This document shows, piece after piece, positions 22,197 to 35,280 of a stretch of 64,000 bases of DNA. The stretch's first letter is position 1, and the number at the start of each line of letters is the position of its first letter. Made by a program: the position numbers and the translations under genes. The stretch lies in the NCBI RefSeq assembly GCF_032191835.1, contig NC_083233.1:53754001-53818000 (forward strand), in the 5' to 3' direction. This DNA comes from Heteronotia binoei. Taxonomy: Eukaryota. The notes beneath the pieces were generated by a model, which searched no databases, had not been told where the DNA came from, and saw only the letters and a list, made by a program, of their open reading frames with translations.

Positions 22197-24094
22197 AAGG
22201 ATTTACTTACAAATACAGAGCTTTTGGTGATGATATAATGCTTATAAATGAAAACCCCATACAAGTTACACCTTTGTTGTTAGCTAAAATACAAGAATAT
22301 GGGGAGTTGGCGGGACTTTGTATTAATAGAGAAAAATCCAAAATTCTGTGTAAAAATATGCAGATAAATAAACAATACGAATTGCAGAAACTAACAGGCT
22401 GCGAAGTCACCTCCAAGGTAAAATATCTGGGTGTGGAGATAACAATGAAGAATATTGATCTGTTCAAAAATAATTATGAGAAGTTATGGCGTAAAATGGA
22501 TGAAGACATGTTAAAATGGAACAAGCTTAATTTGTCATTGTTGGGTAGAATAGCTGCAATTAAAATGAATATTCTACCAAGAATAATGTATTTGTTTCAA
22601 ACTGTTCCTATTGTGAAGGATAGTAAACAATTTGATAAATGGCAAAGAAAAATTTCAGAATTTGTGTGGGCCAGGAAGAAACTAAGGATTAAAATGAAAA
22701 TTTTGACAGATGCAAAAGAGAGAGGTGGATTTCAACTACCGAATCTAAGATTATATCAGGAAGCAGTTTGCTTAGTGTGGATAAAAGAATGGATAACGCT
22801 GTTAAACAGAAAACTTTTAGTGTTGGAAGGTTACGGAAATAAATTTGGCTGGCACGCATATTTGTATTATAGAAAAAAGAAGATGGACTTTTTTTCTCTC
22901 ACCATAATATAAGAAATAATTTGTTAAATGCATGGATGAAATATAAGAAGTATGGAGATGAGAGAAGACCGTTATGGATAGTACTGGTGGAAGTAATAAA
23001 AATAACAGCTGAGATAGGGGAAGAAAAGTGGTTGTAATATAGTCAACTGTTAAAAATACAAAGTGACAAAATAGAACTGAAAACTGCTGAAGAGTTGAAT
23101 AATAAATATGATTGGTTTCAAATGCAACAAATAAAGAGCTTGGTGGAGAATGATATTAAAACTGAAGGAATAAGGAAGGAGCAAACAGAAATGGAAAAAG
23201 TTCTGCTTGGAGACAATGATAAATTAATTTCAAAAGTATATAAATTACTTCTACAGTGGTCTACAGAAGATGAAGAAGTAAAATCTCAAATGATTAAATG
23301 AGCAATTAATGTAAATAAAGAAATATGGAAACTTGGGAATATTTGTGGAAGAACTCTATGAAACTCTCAACATGCCAGAATATCAAAGAAAAATTTTTAA
23401 AGATGATGTACAGATGGTATATAACTCCTAAAAAATTGGCAAAGATGAATAACAAGATGCCAGACAGATGTTGGAAATGTAAAAAGCATGAAGGTTCTTT
23501 CTACCATATGTGGTGGACTTGTGAAAGAGCTAAAATGTTTTGGCAGATGATTCAGCAAGAGATTTCTAAGATCTTGGGATATGAATTTTAAAAAGTTGCA
23601 GAGACTTTTCTGTTAGGATTACAAATAGAAAAATTTCCAAGAGAAGACAGAACTTTAATCTGGTACTTGCTGTCAGCTGCTAGGACACTGTATATGCAGT
23701 TGTGGAAGCAAGAAAAAATACCAGAGAAATGGGATTGGATTATGACATGGAGTGAAATGGATAAGTTAACAAGAACTTTAAGAGACTATGATTTAGAAGT
23801 ATTTAAGCTGGAGTGGAAGAAGTTCAGAAGATACGTAGAAAAATAATGGAAAATAAAAGGACATTGGACAATCTTTGATAATGATTAAGTATAAGTGGGG
23901 GGAAGATATGAACTTTGGTTCTTATTAATTAGGGGTACCTTTTAAAATGATGTTTTGAATGTACTACACCGGCGGGGGTCAAGTAAAGGGGGAAGGGGTA
24001 GGTAGAAAGTAATATATGGGATTTAAAAAGTGGTTATTAATGATATAAGAAATTGAATATATTGCCATGTTACTAATAACATTGTTTGAAAATA
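22197..24094 (+). mobile_element. 5'-truncated L1-clade LINE (ORF2 from RT domain to 3' end)
   Basis: YRAFGDD..., KYLGV, LSLLGRIAAIKMNILPR, GGFQLPNL, CWKC...HMWWTC motifs with several stops/frameshifts. 17-bp TSD AAAAACAAGAGCTGCCT (22180-22196, 24095-24111). Confidence 0.9.
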
Positions 24095-24953
24095 AAAAAC
24101 AAGAGCTGCCTTACAATGGTCCCACACCACTTTCTGAAAAGCTCAGCAAGACCCAAGGAAAGTACCAGCAAGTGCCATGGCACCATGTTGGGGGACTCTT
24201 GTTGAATCTGTGGGCACTATGGGAATTTTGAGGACAAGGCACTAAGTGTCACCAGACAATGACTGATATACAAAGTGACTAGAATTGGGGGAGGGGGTGA
24301 TTCAGTCACAGCACAGGATGCTGGGAGGTTCTACCAAATGTTAAGAGGTTTCAAACCAATCACATTCCTATGATGACAGCTGCTGGTTCCACATGGGTGT
24401 TCCCTATGACACAGAGATGATGCCATCTTGACTCTTCCTAATCAAGTGAAACGGATCCAGATTTGGCTCTTTGCTTTGAGTCACAAATGCTTTGGGGGGA
24501 AAGCCACCTGCGTGCCAAAAAAGTTATCACTCAGTGCCATTTTGGAGATCACTGTGTTAATGTGTCAAATGATGACCTACATCCAAATCCCTGCTCTGCT
24601 CTGAAGCTTCCTGGGTGACCTTGGGCCTGTTGCTCTTAGCCTAACCAACTTTACAGGACCGTTGTGAAAATGAACTGGGGGGAAAAGGGAAAGGGATGCC
24701 AGCCTCCAGGTGGGATCTGGGGATCCCCTGGAATTACAACTGTTCTCCATGCTACAGAGATCAGTTTGCCTAGAACAAATGGATACTTTTGAGGGTGGAC
24801 TCTATGGCATTGTACCCCACTGAGGCCCTGTCCTCCCCAGGCTCCATCACCAAATATTTCCTAACCTGGATCTGGCAGCTCTGCCCCCTCTCTCCCAGGG
24901 GGAATTTAACAACCCTAAGAAGGGACCATGCAAGCTGTTCTGGGCTCTTTAGA

Positions 24954-25315
24954 TAGGGTGGCCAGCTCTGAGTTGGGAAACATCTGGAAATTTTGGGGGT
25001 GGAGCCTGGGGAGGGCAGAATTTAGGGAGGGAAAGGACCACTGCATAGTATACTGCAGGGGTGGCCAACGGTAGCTCTCCAGATGCTTTTTGCCTACAAC
25101 TCCCATCAGCCCTAGTCAGCATGGCCAATGGCTGGGGCTGATGGGAGCTGTAGGCAAAAAACTGCTGGAGAGCTACCGTCGGCCACCCCTGGTATACTGT
25201 CATAGATTTCACCCTCCAAAGTAGCCATTTTCCCCAGGGGAACTGGCTTTGGTCATCTGGAGATCAACTGTAATAGTGGGAGATCTCAAGGTTGCACCAG
25301 AGGTTGGCAGCCCTA
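24954..25315. mobile_element. Short Blackjack-like MITE
   Basis: TAGGGTGGCCAG / GGCAGCCCTA ends; TSD TCTTTAGA/TCCTTGGA (6/8). Confidence 0.7.
25056..25191. mobile_element. 136-bp palindromic hAT MITE nested in 24954-25315
   Basis: TIR CAGGGGTGGCC; perfect TSD GTATACTG. Confidence 0.9.
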
Positions 25316-28300
25316 TCCTTGGAGAAGGCATGGGCTCAAATATGACAGGCAGATAGCCAGGACATCTCAGTGGAAGTTTACAGCAAACTCCTCCAAGGGA
25401 TCAAATGCCAGAACGAGAAAGGAAGTATTGGGTTAAATGGGGTTTTTTTATTTTAAATTGCCTTGGAAGCATTTAGAAGCTTTATGCAGTATCCCCAATC
25501 TTCCACATTTCCTGGTTAAGGCAAAAATGCTGTCCAAGCCAACTACAAAGATGACCTAACTCCAATGGTAACAAGAGAAAGAAATTTTCTTACAAAAATA
25601 GAGGCACCTATTACATAACATACTCATGTAGGTACATTTAGGGCTTTTTTCCTGGAAAAGGAAGAGCTGGAATGCTCAAGAGGAAAATGAAGGAGAAACA
25701 CATGAGTGCACCTCATGAACTTCTGACAAGTGTTCTTCTTAACCCTTTCCCTCCCAGATCCTTTTGCATGCAGAGTTACAATATCTAGCAGGAGAGTGGG
25801 TGGAAGCTCAGCATACTAGATTGGGGAGCCTCCCTCTGAAAGTGGGAGAGTTGTAGGTCTTTGGTTTGTGCATTATAAGAGATTCAAGTGGGTGTTACTC
25901 TTAATGGGTGTACATGAGAACAATTGCAACACAACTGTTCTTTCCTAGAAACTGCACTCATCAGCCTCATCTTATGACCAAAGGCATATGTGTGTACTAG
26001 TAAGAAATTTGCTGTTGCCTCTGTGGGATTTACAACCAGTCTTGGTGTTCTGCACATCAAGTGAAGGCGCTATACCTTCCTTTTAATCGAGCCATGCCCA
26101 AAACACTCTCCCACTTGATGCAAAACAAATGCCAGATAATCATTAGAAAGGGAGTTATCTTTTGTTTTGTGCTGTGTTACAGTTCGTAGAGGACAACACA
26201 GTCTTTGGAGAAAAGATACAGGTGATCTTGTTGGTCTGTTCGGAAAAGCAAATCCAGAGACAGGAAGAGCTCCTTTATTAGGAGTAACTATATATATAAA
26301 AAATCCCAACATAGTGAACTCACAGCTAGATCTTCAGATGTAGCTATCTCTGACTCTCAAAAGCTTATATCCCAAAAATCTTGTTGATCTTTAATGTGCT
26401 ACTGGACTCTGATCTAGCTGTTCTAGTACACAACAATATGGTCACCCTCTAAAATTATCTTCACAGTGAACTAACAATTCAGTTTCTCAAAAGAAGCAAA
26501 ATCTATAATCTGTTATCTCACTCCTTCTCCAAGGACCTCAGGGGGCATGCATGGTTCTCCCAACGTTCAGTTTATCCTCACAATAACAATTCTGGAACTC
26601 CTTTCCACTGTGTACCCCCAGGGGGAAAAGCCCTGGGTACTTTTAATTTATTGTGAACAGCAAGATTAGGGCAAGAGAGTGTGTTTGATCCAAGGTTGCC
26701 CAGGGGTGGTGGTGGTTCATGAATGAGCGGGGATTTGAAACTGGGTCTCCTCAGGCCAAGCCTCATACTTGAACAGCTACTACTACAAGTGGGCAAGCTA
26801 GGCTGTAAACCCACTACTGCGAGAGGCTATATTTATGACATTTCAGATTTTTTTTTCTTTCATGACTCAAGACATGGTATAATGGGTTAAGATCATGGAG
26901 GGGGGGCCTGTTTGCCAGGGCTGTGCCAAGCCCAGAGACATGACAGCGAGGGTCAAACTAAATGTACTTGTTTTTAAAGAATTGCATCCAGCATTCCTGG
27001 ACCCCACATGCATAAAATCCTCCATGTGGAACAGCCAAAATAGAGAAATAACTCTCCCCCAGTGCTTCTACATAGGAAAATGGCCTGGGGGAGGGGCAGG
27101 CGGGAGCCCTTCCTTCCCCCCTGGGATGGTGTTTCAAGCCCAAACAGTTTCCCCTTTCTTTTTAATAAACTATTCCTCAAAACTGCTGTGTGGCTGTGAG
27201 GAACCCAAGTTGGGTCTGTGAAACCTGGACTCCTCTTTCAATACAAGCACATCTAGTCTGACCCTCCCTGCAGAGCATGCAACCTGGAATCTTTTGCAGC
27301 AAGTACCATTTAATCCAAAATGACCATCTTCTTGTTGGTCAGGGGCTGTGGCTCAGTGGTAGAGCCTCTGTTTGGCAGAGAGTCTCTGAAGAGCTGCTGC
27401 CAGGTGACAATACTGGCCTTGATAGGGCCAATGTTCTAATTCAGTATAAGAGAGATTTGTGCATGTGTTCATCTGTACACTCTTAGAACAGAGTGTACAC
27501 AATTCTTAGAAAAGAAGCCTATATTCTTATCTCTCTATTAAGATGAAAACTAAGGGAGAGAGAGAGCAGTTTGCCTGTGGCTGTATTGTGATAAGTCTAC
27601 ACAAATGCAATGGGTTATTGTTGTTACTGCTATTAGCATAATTACTATTGATTAGCAAAAAATGTAACTTGCATTCTGCAAGCATAATTATATGTTCTTA
27701 GCCGCTGGTTCTCACCTGCAATCAGTGCCTAATTATACTGGCTGCAAAGACAATCTTAACTTGCCTAAAAACTCATTGCTGTCTACTGTGAACTGGCAAG
27801 CAGCTCTTCTGTGTTCCAGCTGGAAATGCCAGGGACTGAACCACAGATTTTCTATATGCAAAGCAGATGCTTTACCATTGAGCCATAGCCCCACCCCAGG
27901 TATGATTTTTGTTGACTGTGATGTTGTAATACTGACCTCTATTATGAAAAGAACTTCACACCTCAAATGTTGACCTGGACTGCAGAGAGGAGAGGACCCT
28001 GAGGCACTCCTCTTGTACCCCTGAAATGCTGTTAGTAGACAGTAGACTCTGTGCAAGTCATTGCCTCAAAGGTTAAAGGCTGGATGGGTACAACCTTGTT
28101 AGACACCTAATCTTAGATCATATGTTCGGGGGGCCCAGTCTTTGCTCTCTTTATCCCATCCACACACCCATGAAAGTCCCACTTTCAGATTTTCCTACTA
28201 ATCAGCGTAGACACGGGGGTGGGGGGGCTGTGAGGGCTCTGCTCCCTGACTTCCTGTTAGGGTGCCCCACTCAGGGCCCTCAACCTTCCCTCTCTCCTCC

Positions 28301-28722
28301 ACCACCATGTGGGAGAGGGTGGTCCCCATCCTCTCAGCTTTCACCTCTGGCTCCTCAGGAGGTGCGGGGGGGGGAGGGTGGGCTGTTTAAATCATGAAAG
28401 AGGAGTGGCAGGAGCAGCTGCCGGTCTCCCACATGATTTAAAGGAGGGAAAGAGTAGGAGGGAAGGGAAGAACAAGTGCTCTGAATTGTATGCCCCGAGT
28501 CCTTGCAGCAGTGGTGGTGGGGCAGTGGCAGGGTGGAGGGGGCAGCTAAGTGCCCCCTGACTATTGTTCATGCCCCCTACCTTTGAAATCCTGACTACAG
28601 GCCTTCTAGTAATCAGTGTAACTTGGGCTATGTGGCCTTCAAATTTCAGCTTTCTGGGTGGTCTTGAAGTATCCAATGCTTAGCCATCGTGTAGATGTAC
28701 TTGCTGACCCCTCCTTCTATAC

Positions 28723-29045
28723 CAGGAATGGCCAAACTTTATTAACGTAAGAGCCACATAGAATAAATGTCAGATGTTTGAAAGCTGCAAGACATGAACA
28801 TCAGATGTTTGAGAGAAGGAAGGAAGAAAGGATATAGATGGGGAGTGGGAGAGAGAGGTAGAAATAAAGCAACTTTAGGTTTACGTGCATTCTCCAAGCC
28901 ACCAGCTGGCTTGGCTTGGCGAAGTGATTTAAAGAGATAAATGCCTTCTCCAAGCTGGCTGATGGGGCAGTGGAGGCTTTGAGGGCCACACAATATGTGT
29001 GAAAGAGCCACATGTGGCTCCTGAGTTGTAGTTTGGCCACCCCTG
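28723..29045 (+). mobile_element. hAT (Charlie/Ac-like) MITE
   Basis: Perfect TSD TTCTATAC; homologous to 9676-9974. Confidence 0.9.
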
Positions 29046-30113
29046 TTCTATACTGAGACTAACAAATGCCTTGGTTTCCAACTTCTCTAGTAATCAGAGT
29101 ATGCTGGACTCTACATCTGCCGGTTTTTCACTTTCAGCACAGTGTGGAAGTGGCTTAACCTTTTTGAAGTACATTTTTATTCTCTCGTTTTGTGGGAGAA
29201 TGTACAAAGGTCCAGGACTTGGATTTATCAAACCTTAGGGCGTACTATAACAATTTCAACAGCCCTGCCCTTGAATAAGTAAGCCTATAAGACCCAGTGT
29301 GGTTTTTAAATATACATGATCATGTATTTACATAACTCCCATTGATGTTCAACACCCTCACCCTTAAATAAGCCTTTAAGACCCAATGGTTTTTTAATAA
29401 AGCTGATTGTGTATTTACGTAACTCCCACTGATGTACATGGCACCTAACAACCTAAATAAGAAACATCCTTTGCACAATATAGTCCTGTTGAAATGAAAT
29501 GAGGCCTGTGCAAACAAACTTCCTAGTGAAAATGTTCCAAGGGGAGGAGGTGTCATCAGGGGGTGAACTTGAAGATTCTAGGGCAGAAGTCCAAAATGAG
29601 GCCCCAGAATCACTGCCACTCCAACACCAGCCCCCTGCTAGGGTCAGTCAAAGGTGGGAGGGAGCCAGAGTCACAAGCATGCTCCCCAAGCCCCAGGTGG
29701 CACAAACATTAGTGACAGCAGGAGCCTGCTCTTTTCTCCTTTCCTTAAGGGAGTGGGGCCCCGGGGGGGGGGGGGCGTCAGGGCTGCTTCCAGCATGGAG
29801 TCCAGAGCAGCTGTCCCTGTAGTACATAAGCTAAGATTGCTGCTGGGCGCCATTTGAGTTGTCTTGCTTAGGTATCAAATTATAGGGTTGCCAAGTTAAG
29901 TAGGGGAATTCCTGGAGGTTTGGAAGTACAGCCTGGGAAGGGCAGGATTTGGGGAGGGGAGGGACCTCAGCAGGGTACAATCCTATACAGTTTATCCTCC
30001 AAAGCAGCCATTTTCTCAAGGGGAACTACTGAGATCTGTAGTCTGAGGCTCCACCTGGTGCTTGGCAACCCTAAGTCTTGAGTTGGCCAAAGTGCAGTTG
30101 TGATGCATTGGTG

Positions 30114-30388
30114 TAGTTTGGTGTAGTGGTTAAGTGTGCGGACTCTTATCTGGGATAACCAGGTTTGATTCCCCACTCTTCCACCTGCACCTGCTGGAAT
30201 GGCCTTGGGTCAGCCATAGCTCTGGCAGAGGTTGTCCTTGAAAGGGCAGCTGCTGTGAGAGCCCTCTCAGCCCCACCTACCTCACAGGGTGTCTGTTGTG
30301 CGGGGAGAAGATATAGGAGATTGTAAGCCGCTCTGAGTCTCTGATTCAGAGAGAAGGGCAGGGTATAAATCTGCAATTCTTCTTCTTC
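30114..30388 (+). mobile_element. Squam3-like tRNA-derived SINE
   Basis: Head TTTGGTGTAGTGGTTAAG...GGTTTGATTCCCC, L2-like tail, (TTC)n end; second copy at 36309-36582. Confidence 0.75.
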
Positions 30389-30524
30389 GTCATTAATTGT
30401 CCAAGAAACTCAAACCTGTGTAATTGTATCAAGAAGAGAAAACTGGTTTTTGCATTAATACCAACAGTAGGGATTCCAGCCACCAGTTGGGACCTGGGGA
30501 TCCCCTGGAATTACAGCTCATTGC

Positions 30525-30724
30525 CAGGGCTTTTTTTTGTAGAGAAAGCCCAGCAGGAACTCATTTGCATTGTAGACCACACCCCCTGACATCACCATTG
30601 TTTCACACACGGCTTTTTTTTGTAGAAAAAGCCCAGCAGGAACCTCTTTGCTTATTAGGCCACATCCCCTGATGCCAAACCAGCTGGAACTGCATTTCTG
30701 TGTGTTCCACACAGAAACGCCCTG
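30525..30724. mobile_element. hAT MITE, CAGGGCTTTTTT family, nested in a Blackjack-like MITE
   Basis: TSD CTCATTGC/CTCATCAC; two internal units. Confidence 0.7.
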
Positions 30725-31706
30725 CTCATCACCATACTACTGAGATCAGTTCCCCTGGAGAAAATGGATGCCTAGAAGGGTGGTGTTGTACCTCATTGAG
30801 GTTCCTGTCCTCTCCAGGTTCCATTCCCATATCTCTAGGAGTTGGAAGGGACCAACAGGGTCATCTAGTCCAACCCCCTGAACAATGCAGGAAATTCACA
30901 AGTATCTCCCCCCCCCCGCCCCACATACCTCTTCAGTGACCCTGCTCCATGTCCAGAAGATGACAAAAACCTCCAGGATTCTCAACTGGGATCTGGCAAT
31001 CCTACCCACCAATCCTCCACTGTTGGCCAGAGGGACCTGCAATCTTCACAGCCCACTGATGGCAGAAAGAAGCCACACAGCAAATACTTAACTAGAGCTT
31101 TCTGCACAAAGACCTACAATTCTCTGCCTCCAGCAAACATTATAAACAGGTTAATCATCTTGACCTCTGAGAGCAGCCCCTGGGTAAAGAACCTCACATG
31201 CTCTGTGTTGACTCAAGTCAGCCTATGCTACAGCAACCAGCCGGCTATCATGCTGATGTGAAATTTCATTATCTGACCTTTTAGAGTTATTGTATTAATA
31301 TTACTTATGTATACTATTTTATTGTTTAGATGTTTTTATTAAATGATGTACATTGCCCAGAGCCCTGCAGTAGCAGGGATTGGGCAAGCCGTTAATTCAT
31401 TAATAAATTCATATATCGCTTTTTAAGCATCCAGCGGGCTCAGGAATCTTCATCATAAGCCTGTAAAGGGTAGGTGAGTTGTATTGCTCCCATTTTGCAA
31501 ATCTGACCAATGAGAGTGGAAGTGACTTTGCCTAAGCATATTCAAGGCTGAGGAATATTTGTGCCACAGAGGCTTCTGATTCATGTTTAGCCATGCAACT
31601 GCACTAAGCGCTCTCTCTCAAGTTCCCTCCTCTTCCTCCACCTTGCCTGCCAAACTTCAGTTGTTTTGCTGGGGACTTCTGCACAACATCATGGTCTAGC
31701 TATCCC

Positions 31707-32174
31707 TGTTGGGTTTCTGATGCAATTTCACTTCCTGTTGTCATGAGTAAATTAAATGTATATGCATGCTGATGTTTAGCCAGTGAGTAGGTAGAGCCAA
31801 TGAGAATGTGTGCACGTACTTCCCGCCAAGGCTAGGTGTCAATATGCATAGTAACCATTCAGGGAGAGCCCTAACAGGCTAATCCATATATTTGGGTGGT
31901 GGTCTAAGGGAAACCATTTGGTCAGTTTTATTGTCCTTTGTGTAAAGCCCTTAGATCTCCATGCAGTTGAAGTTAGGACTCCTGAGAGTCGAGATGTAGC
32001 CTAGAAGCTAGAAAGGATATTGAATCCTTCTTTGTTTTCTAGAAATCCCAGTCATACCTTTTCCTCATGAGTAAAGTAAACTACTTTGTATTCTTAAGCT
32101 AAACCGTGTGCCTGGCTGTGTTATTCGTGACTATCTCCATGTTACTCTGCTAAAGGTATATTTAAATCCCAACA
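31707..32174 (+). mobile_element. Solo LTR (468 bp)
   Basis: TGTTGGG...CCCAACA perfect inverted termini, perfect 5-bp TSD ATCCC, AGTAAA near 32070. Strand inferred from that signal. Confidence 0.85.
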
Positions 32175-35083
32175 ATCCCCCTTTCATATCTTCCCAGACT
32201 CTTCTGTGACTGTTCCCAACTGTGATGGTTCCTGAAAGATCGTATCCAAGCAGGACAAAGCTAGAGTTCAGTGGCACCTTTAAGACCAACAAAGTTTTAT
32301 TCAGGGTATGAGCTTTAACACGTCAAGCACACTTTGTCAGATAATGAAATGGAATGCAATGAAATTGCGTCAGACTAACACGGCTACCCACCTGTATGCA
32401 AACAGGGTTTTGGGAGAGTGAGCCAGTGAATGTGACCTTGTTGATTCAGCTGAATCCCTCTGTGGCCTTTGATGTCACAATCTGGGAAGTAAAGCAGGGT
32501 TGACTGCAGTTAGTACTTGCAAGGCAAACTGTCCTTGAAATACCCAGTTGAGAGGTGGGGGCAGGCTTATTCAGCCACCTCCCTGAATATCCTCCAGGTC
32601 CCCAGTAGGAGCAGTCAGTCACCAGAGGTTGACATGACTTCCATGTGCAGACACAAACACGCATGCACGAAAAATACAAAAATATAGGAGGAGGAGGAGA
32701 ATGACAGTATCTTCTAGGTTGCCTGGTTGGGTGGAAGTTATGTAGTGGTTTTGTGAGTAGTAGCGATAAACAACACCTGTGCCACATGGGAATTGTCTTA
32801 CAGTACTACTCTTCTCCTTTGCTATTTACCGTCTATGTGAAAGCACTGGGAAAATTATTCTTAGATTGGAGATCTGACAGAGGCAATGGAAGCTCTGCAC
32901 AGATGTGAAATGGCAATCAGACAGGAGAGCAGTAAAGACTCTCCTTCCACATCTGCAACATTTAGCCATAATTGCACTGATTAGTTCCACAATAAGCAAT
33001 GATTTTTCCTGACAACAATTGTGTGAGATAGGCCACTATTATTTCCATTAGAAAGACAGGGAATGGGGAATGGAAAACAGCCCCCGAGACCATTCTTGAG
33101 ATAACATTAGATATTTCAGGTGTGCAGCTTTCTGGTCACCTAGATGGAGACGTATACAGATGGAGCTGCTCTCTTCCTCTGGTTAAGATCAGCATGATCA
33201 ATTCCTAAAGAAATATTAAATAGCTGATGTTTTACTGACCCAGCCTCCTGCCACATGGACCCTCCTTGATCAGATAAGCTGCAACAGCCTTAGACAGCTC
33301 TCTACACCCCTTCACTACACAGTTGCCAAAACTGATTAAATTATTCATCTACCCAACCACCCAACCCCAATCTCTGGTTGTCTGATCCAAGTTCCATCCC
33401 CTTCCCACCCTTCTCAAAATTCACTGCACAGAGATTATGCTGAGTTCACCTTTAATACACACTCTGCAATTTACGAGGGGATGTGCCAAGAAGACTTCAT
33501 TTCAAAGTTCACTTCCGCCATGGACACACTCAGGGTAGAACCATGGCTCAGTAGTTGAACACCTGCTCTGCCTGCAGGAGGTCCCAGGTTGAGTTCCTGG
33601 CATCTCCACTTACAAGAATCAGGTATTAGGTGATGGGAAAGATCTCTGCCTTAGGTTGGAGGGCCACTGCCAAAACCGACATTGATAACCAATGGCCTGA
33701 TTCTGTGCAAGGCAGTTTTATGTGTCTTTGTGACTCAGGTGGTTTGCCACTGCCTGCTTTTGTGTGGCAACCCTGGACTTCTTTTGGGATCTCCCATCTG
33801 AGCTGAGCTGACCCTGCTTAGCTTCTGAGATCTGATCAGGCCAGTCTGGACCATCTACATCTGGGCCATCTGATAATACTGACCTTCAAAACAGAGTTGT
33901 TATGAGGATTACTGACAGGATGGATGGGAAGCACGTTGGCTATCCTAAAACACTATATAAATATGAGGTATATTAAGTGAGTGCATCTAACGATACTTAT
34001 CTAGGTAGTCAGGACTGTGTGTTATTTTTAGACCTCTACTGATGTTAATTTCAATGTACTCAGCAAGGCGCTCAATCCTATATGGAGAGATACCAGCCAC
34101 ATTTTTCAAACATCTGATATAATCTGTGAAAGCCCATGTCACAATAAACCAAACTGTAGAAGTAGCCATTATGAACACAGGAAGCTGCCTTATACTAAGC
34201 CTTTGGGCCATTGAGTTCAGTATTACCTGTTCTGATGGGCAAGTGGATTTCTTGTATCTCAGGCAGAAACTTTTTCTACTAAAAATCTTTAATCTGGAGA
34301 TGTCAGAGGCTGAACCTCACTCACTACCAAAGAGCCCCACCCTGATGCTCTTGTGGGTACAAGAGATTACACTCATGTGCTCCTCTTAGGCCTGAAAGCA
34401 AGAGTGACTGAAAATTACATTGTTAATAATGGGTTGTTTACAAAGCTGAAAGAATCTGTTCCAGTCTTGCACAACTATTTGTTTCCAATCTTGCAGAACT
34501 GTTTAGGACTGCATTGCTAGACTAATGTTTTCTGAGCTCATAAATTGTGTGCGTGGCCTCCATGTGGGATAGTGAGTGCTAGATTTCTAGGAGTGATCTG
34601 CTGCTGGCAGATGAGCAGGCTCTTCTCCTTCTCTCCCTCTCTCTCTACAGAAAGAAACAACTTATTTCTGGCCCTTTTGACCAGTACTTAGTAAAGTCAA
34701 GTGGTCCCTATTGCCAGATGAGAGAGTGGGGTGACAGGAGGGAAGGAGCTAGTAGATATGAAATATTTAATATTCATGCATCTCAGTCCACAGATACATA
34801 ACTGCAGGAGATGAAACACTGCATGTGAGACACTTTAGGTACTGATTGTGGACACTGACTCAATGGAATTTGGAATAGGGAGTCACAGAAAGTAAGATAG
34901 GTTTGGGAGGGAGTTGAGTTCTGTTAGGGGAATTTGCTAAAACCCAGCATGGGCAACCTCCTTCCTTTCTCTGAGATAATTATGGGAGAGAGAAGACTCA
35001 CTTAAAGCTTTTGCTAACAGAATATACAATTTTATTAAGTTTTATACTTTTTTGGTTTTGTGTGTGTGTATGTGAGCAGGCCT

Positions 35084-35280
35084 GGAAGTTATGGCTGACT
35101 TCTGGTGACCCTTAGTGGGTCTGGGAGGCAAGGATGTTCAGAGTTGTGGCTTGCTGCCTGCCTCTGCATCCTGGCTTTGGTATTCCTTACAGGTCTCCCA
35201 TCCAAGTACTTGCCAGAGTTGCCTGCTTTGCTTCCAAGATCTGATGAGATCAGGCTTGCCTGGGCTATCCAGGGCAGGGC
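35084..35280 (-). mobile_element. 5S rRNA-derived SINE
   Basis: Head GCCTGATCTCATCAGATCTTGGAAGC...AGTACTTGGATGGGAGACC resembles the 5S internal control region and is followed by a non-5S tail. Confidence 0.75.

Noticed and set aside
27962-28020. RT motif GVPQG in one frame
   Set aside because: Five-residue match followed by a stop, with no surrounding LINE homology.
35180-35280. 5S rRNA gene
   Set aside because: Only a degenerate partial 5S head joined to a SINE tail, and dispersed in several copies.
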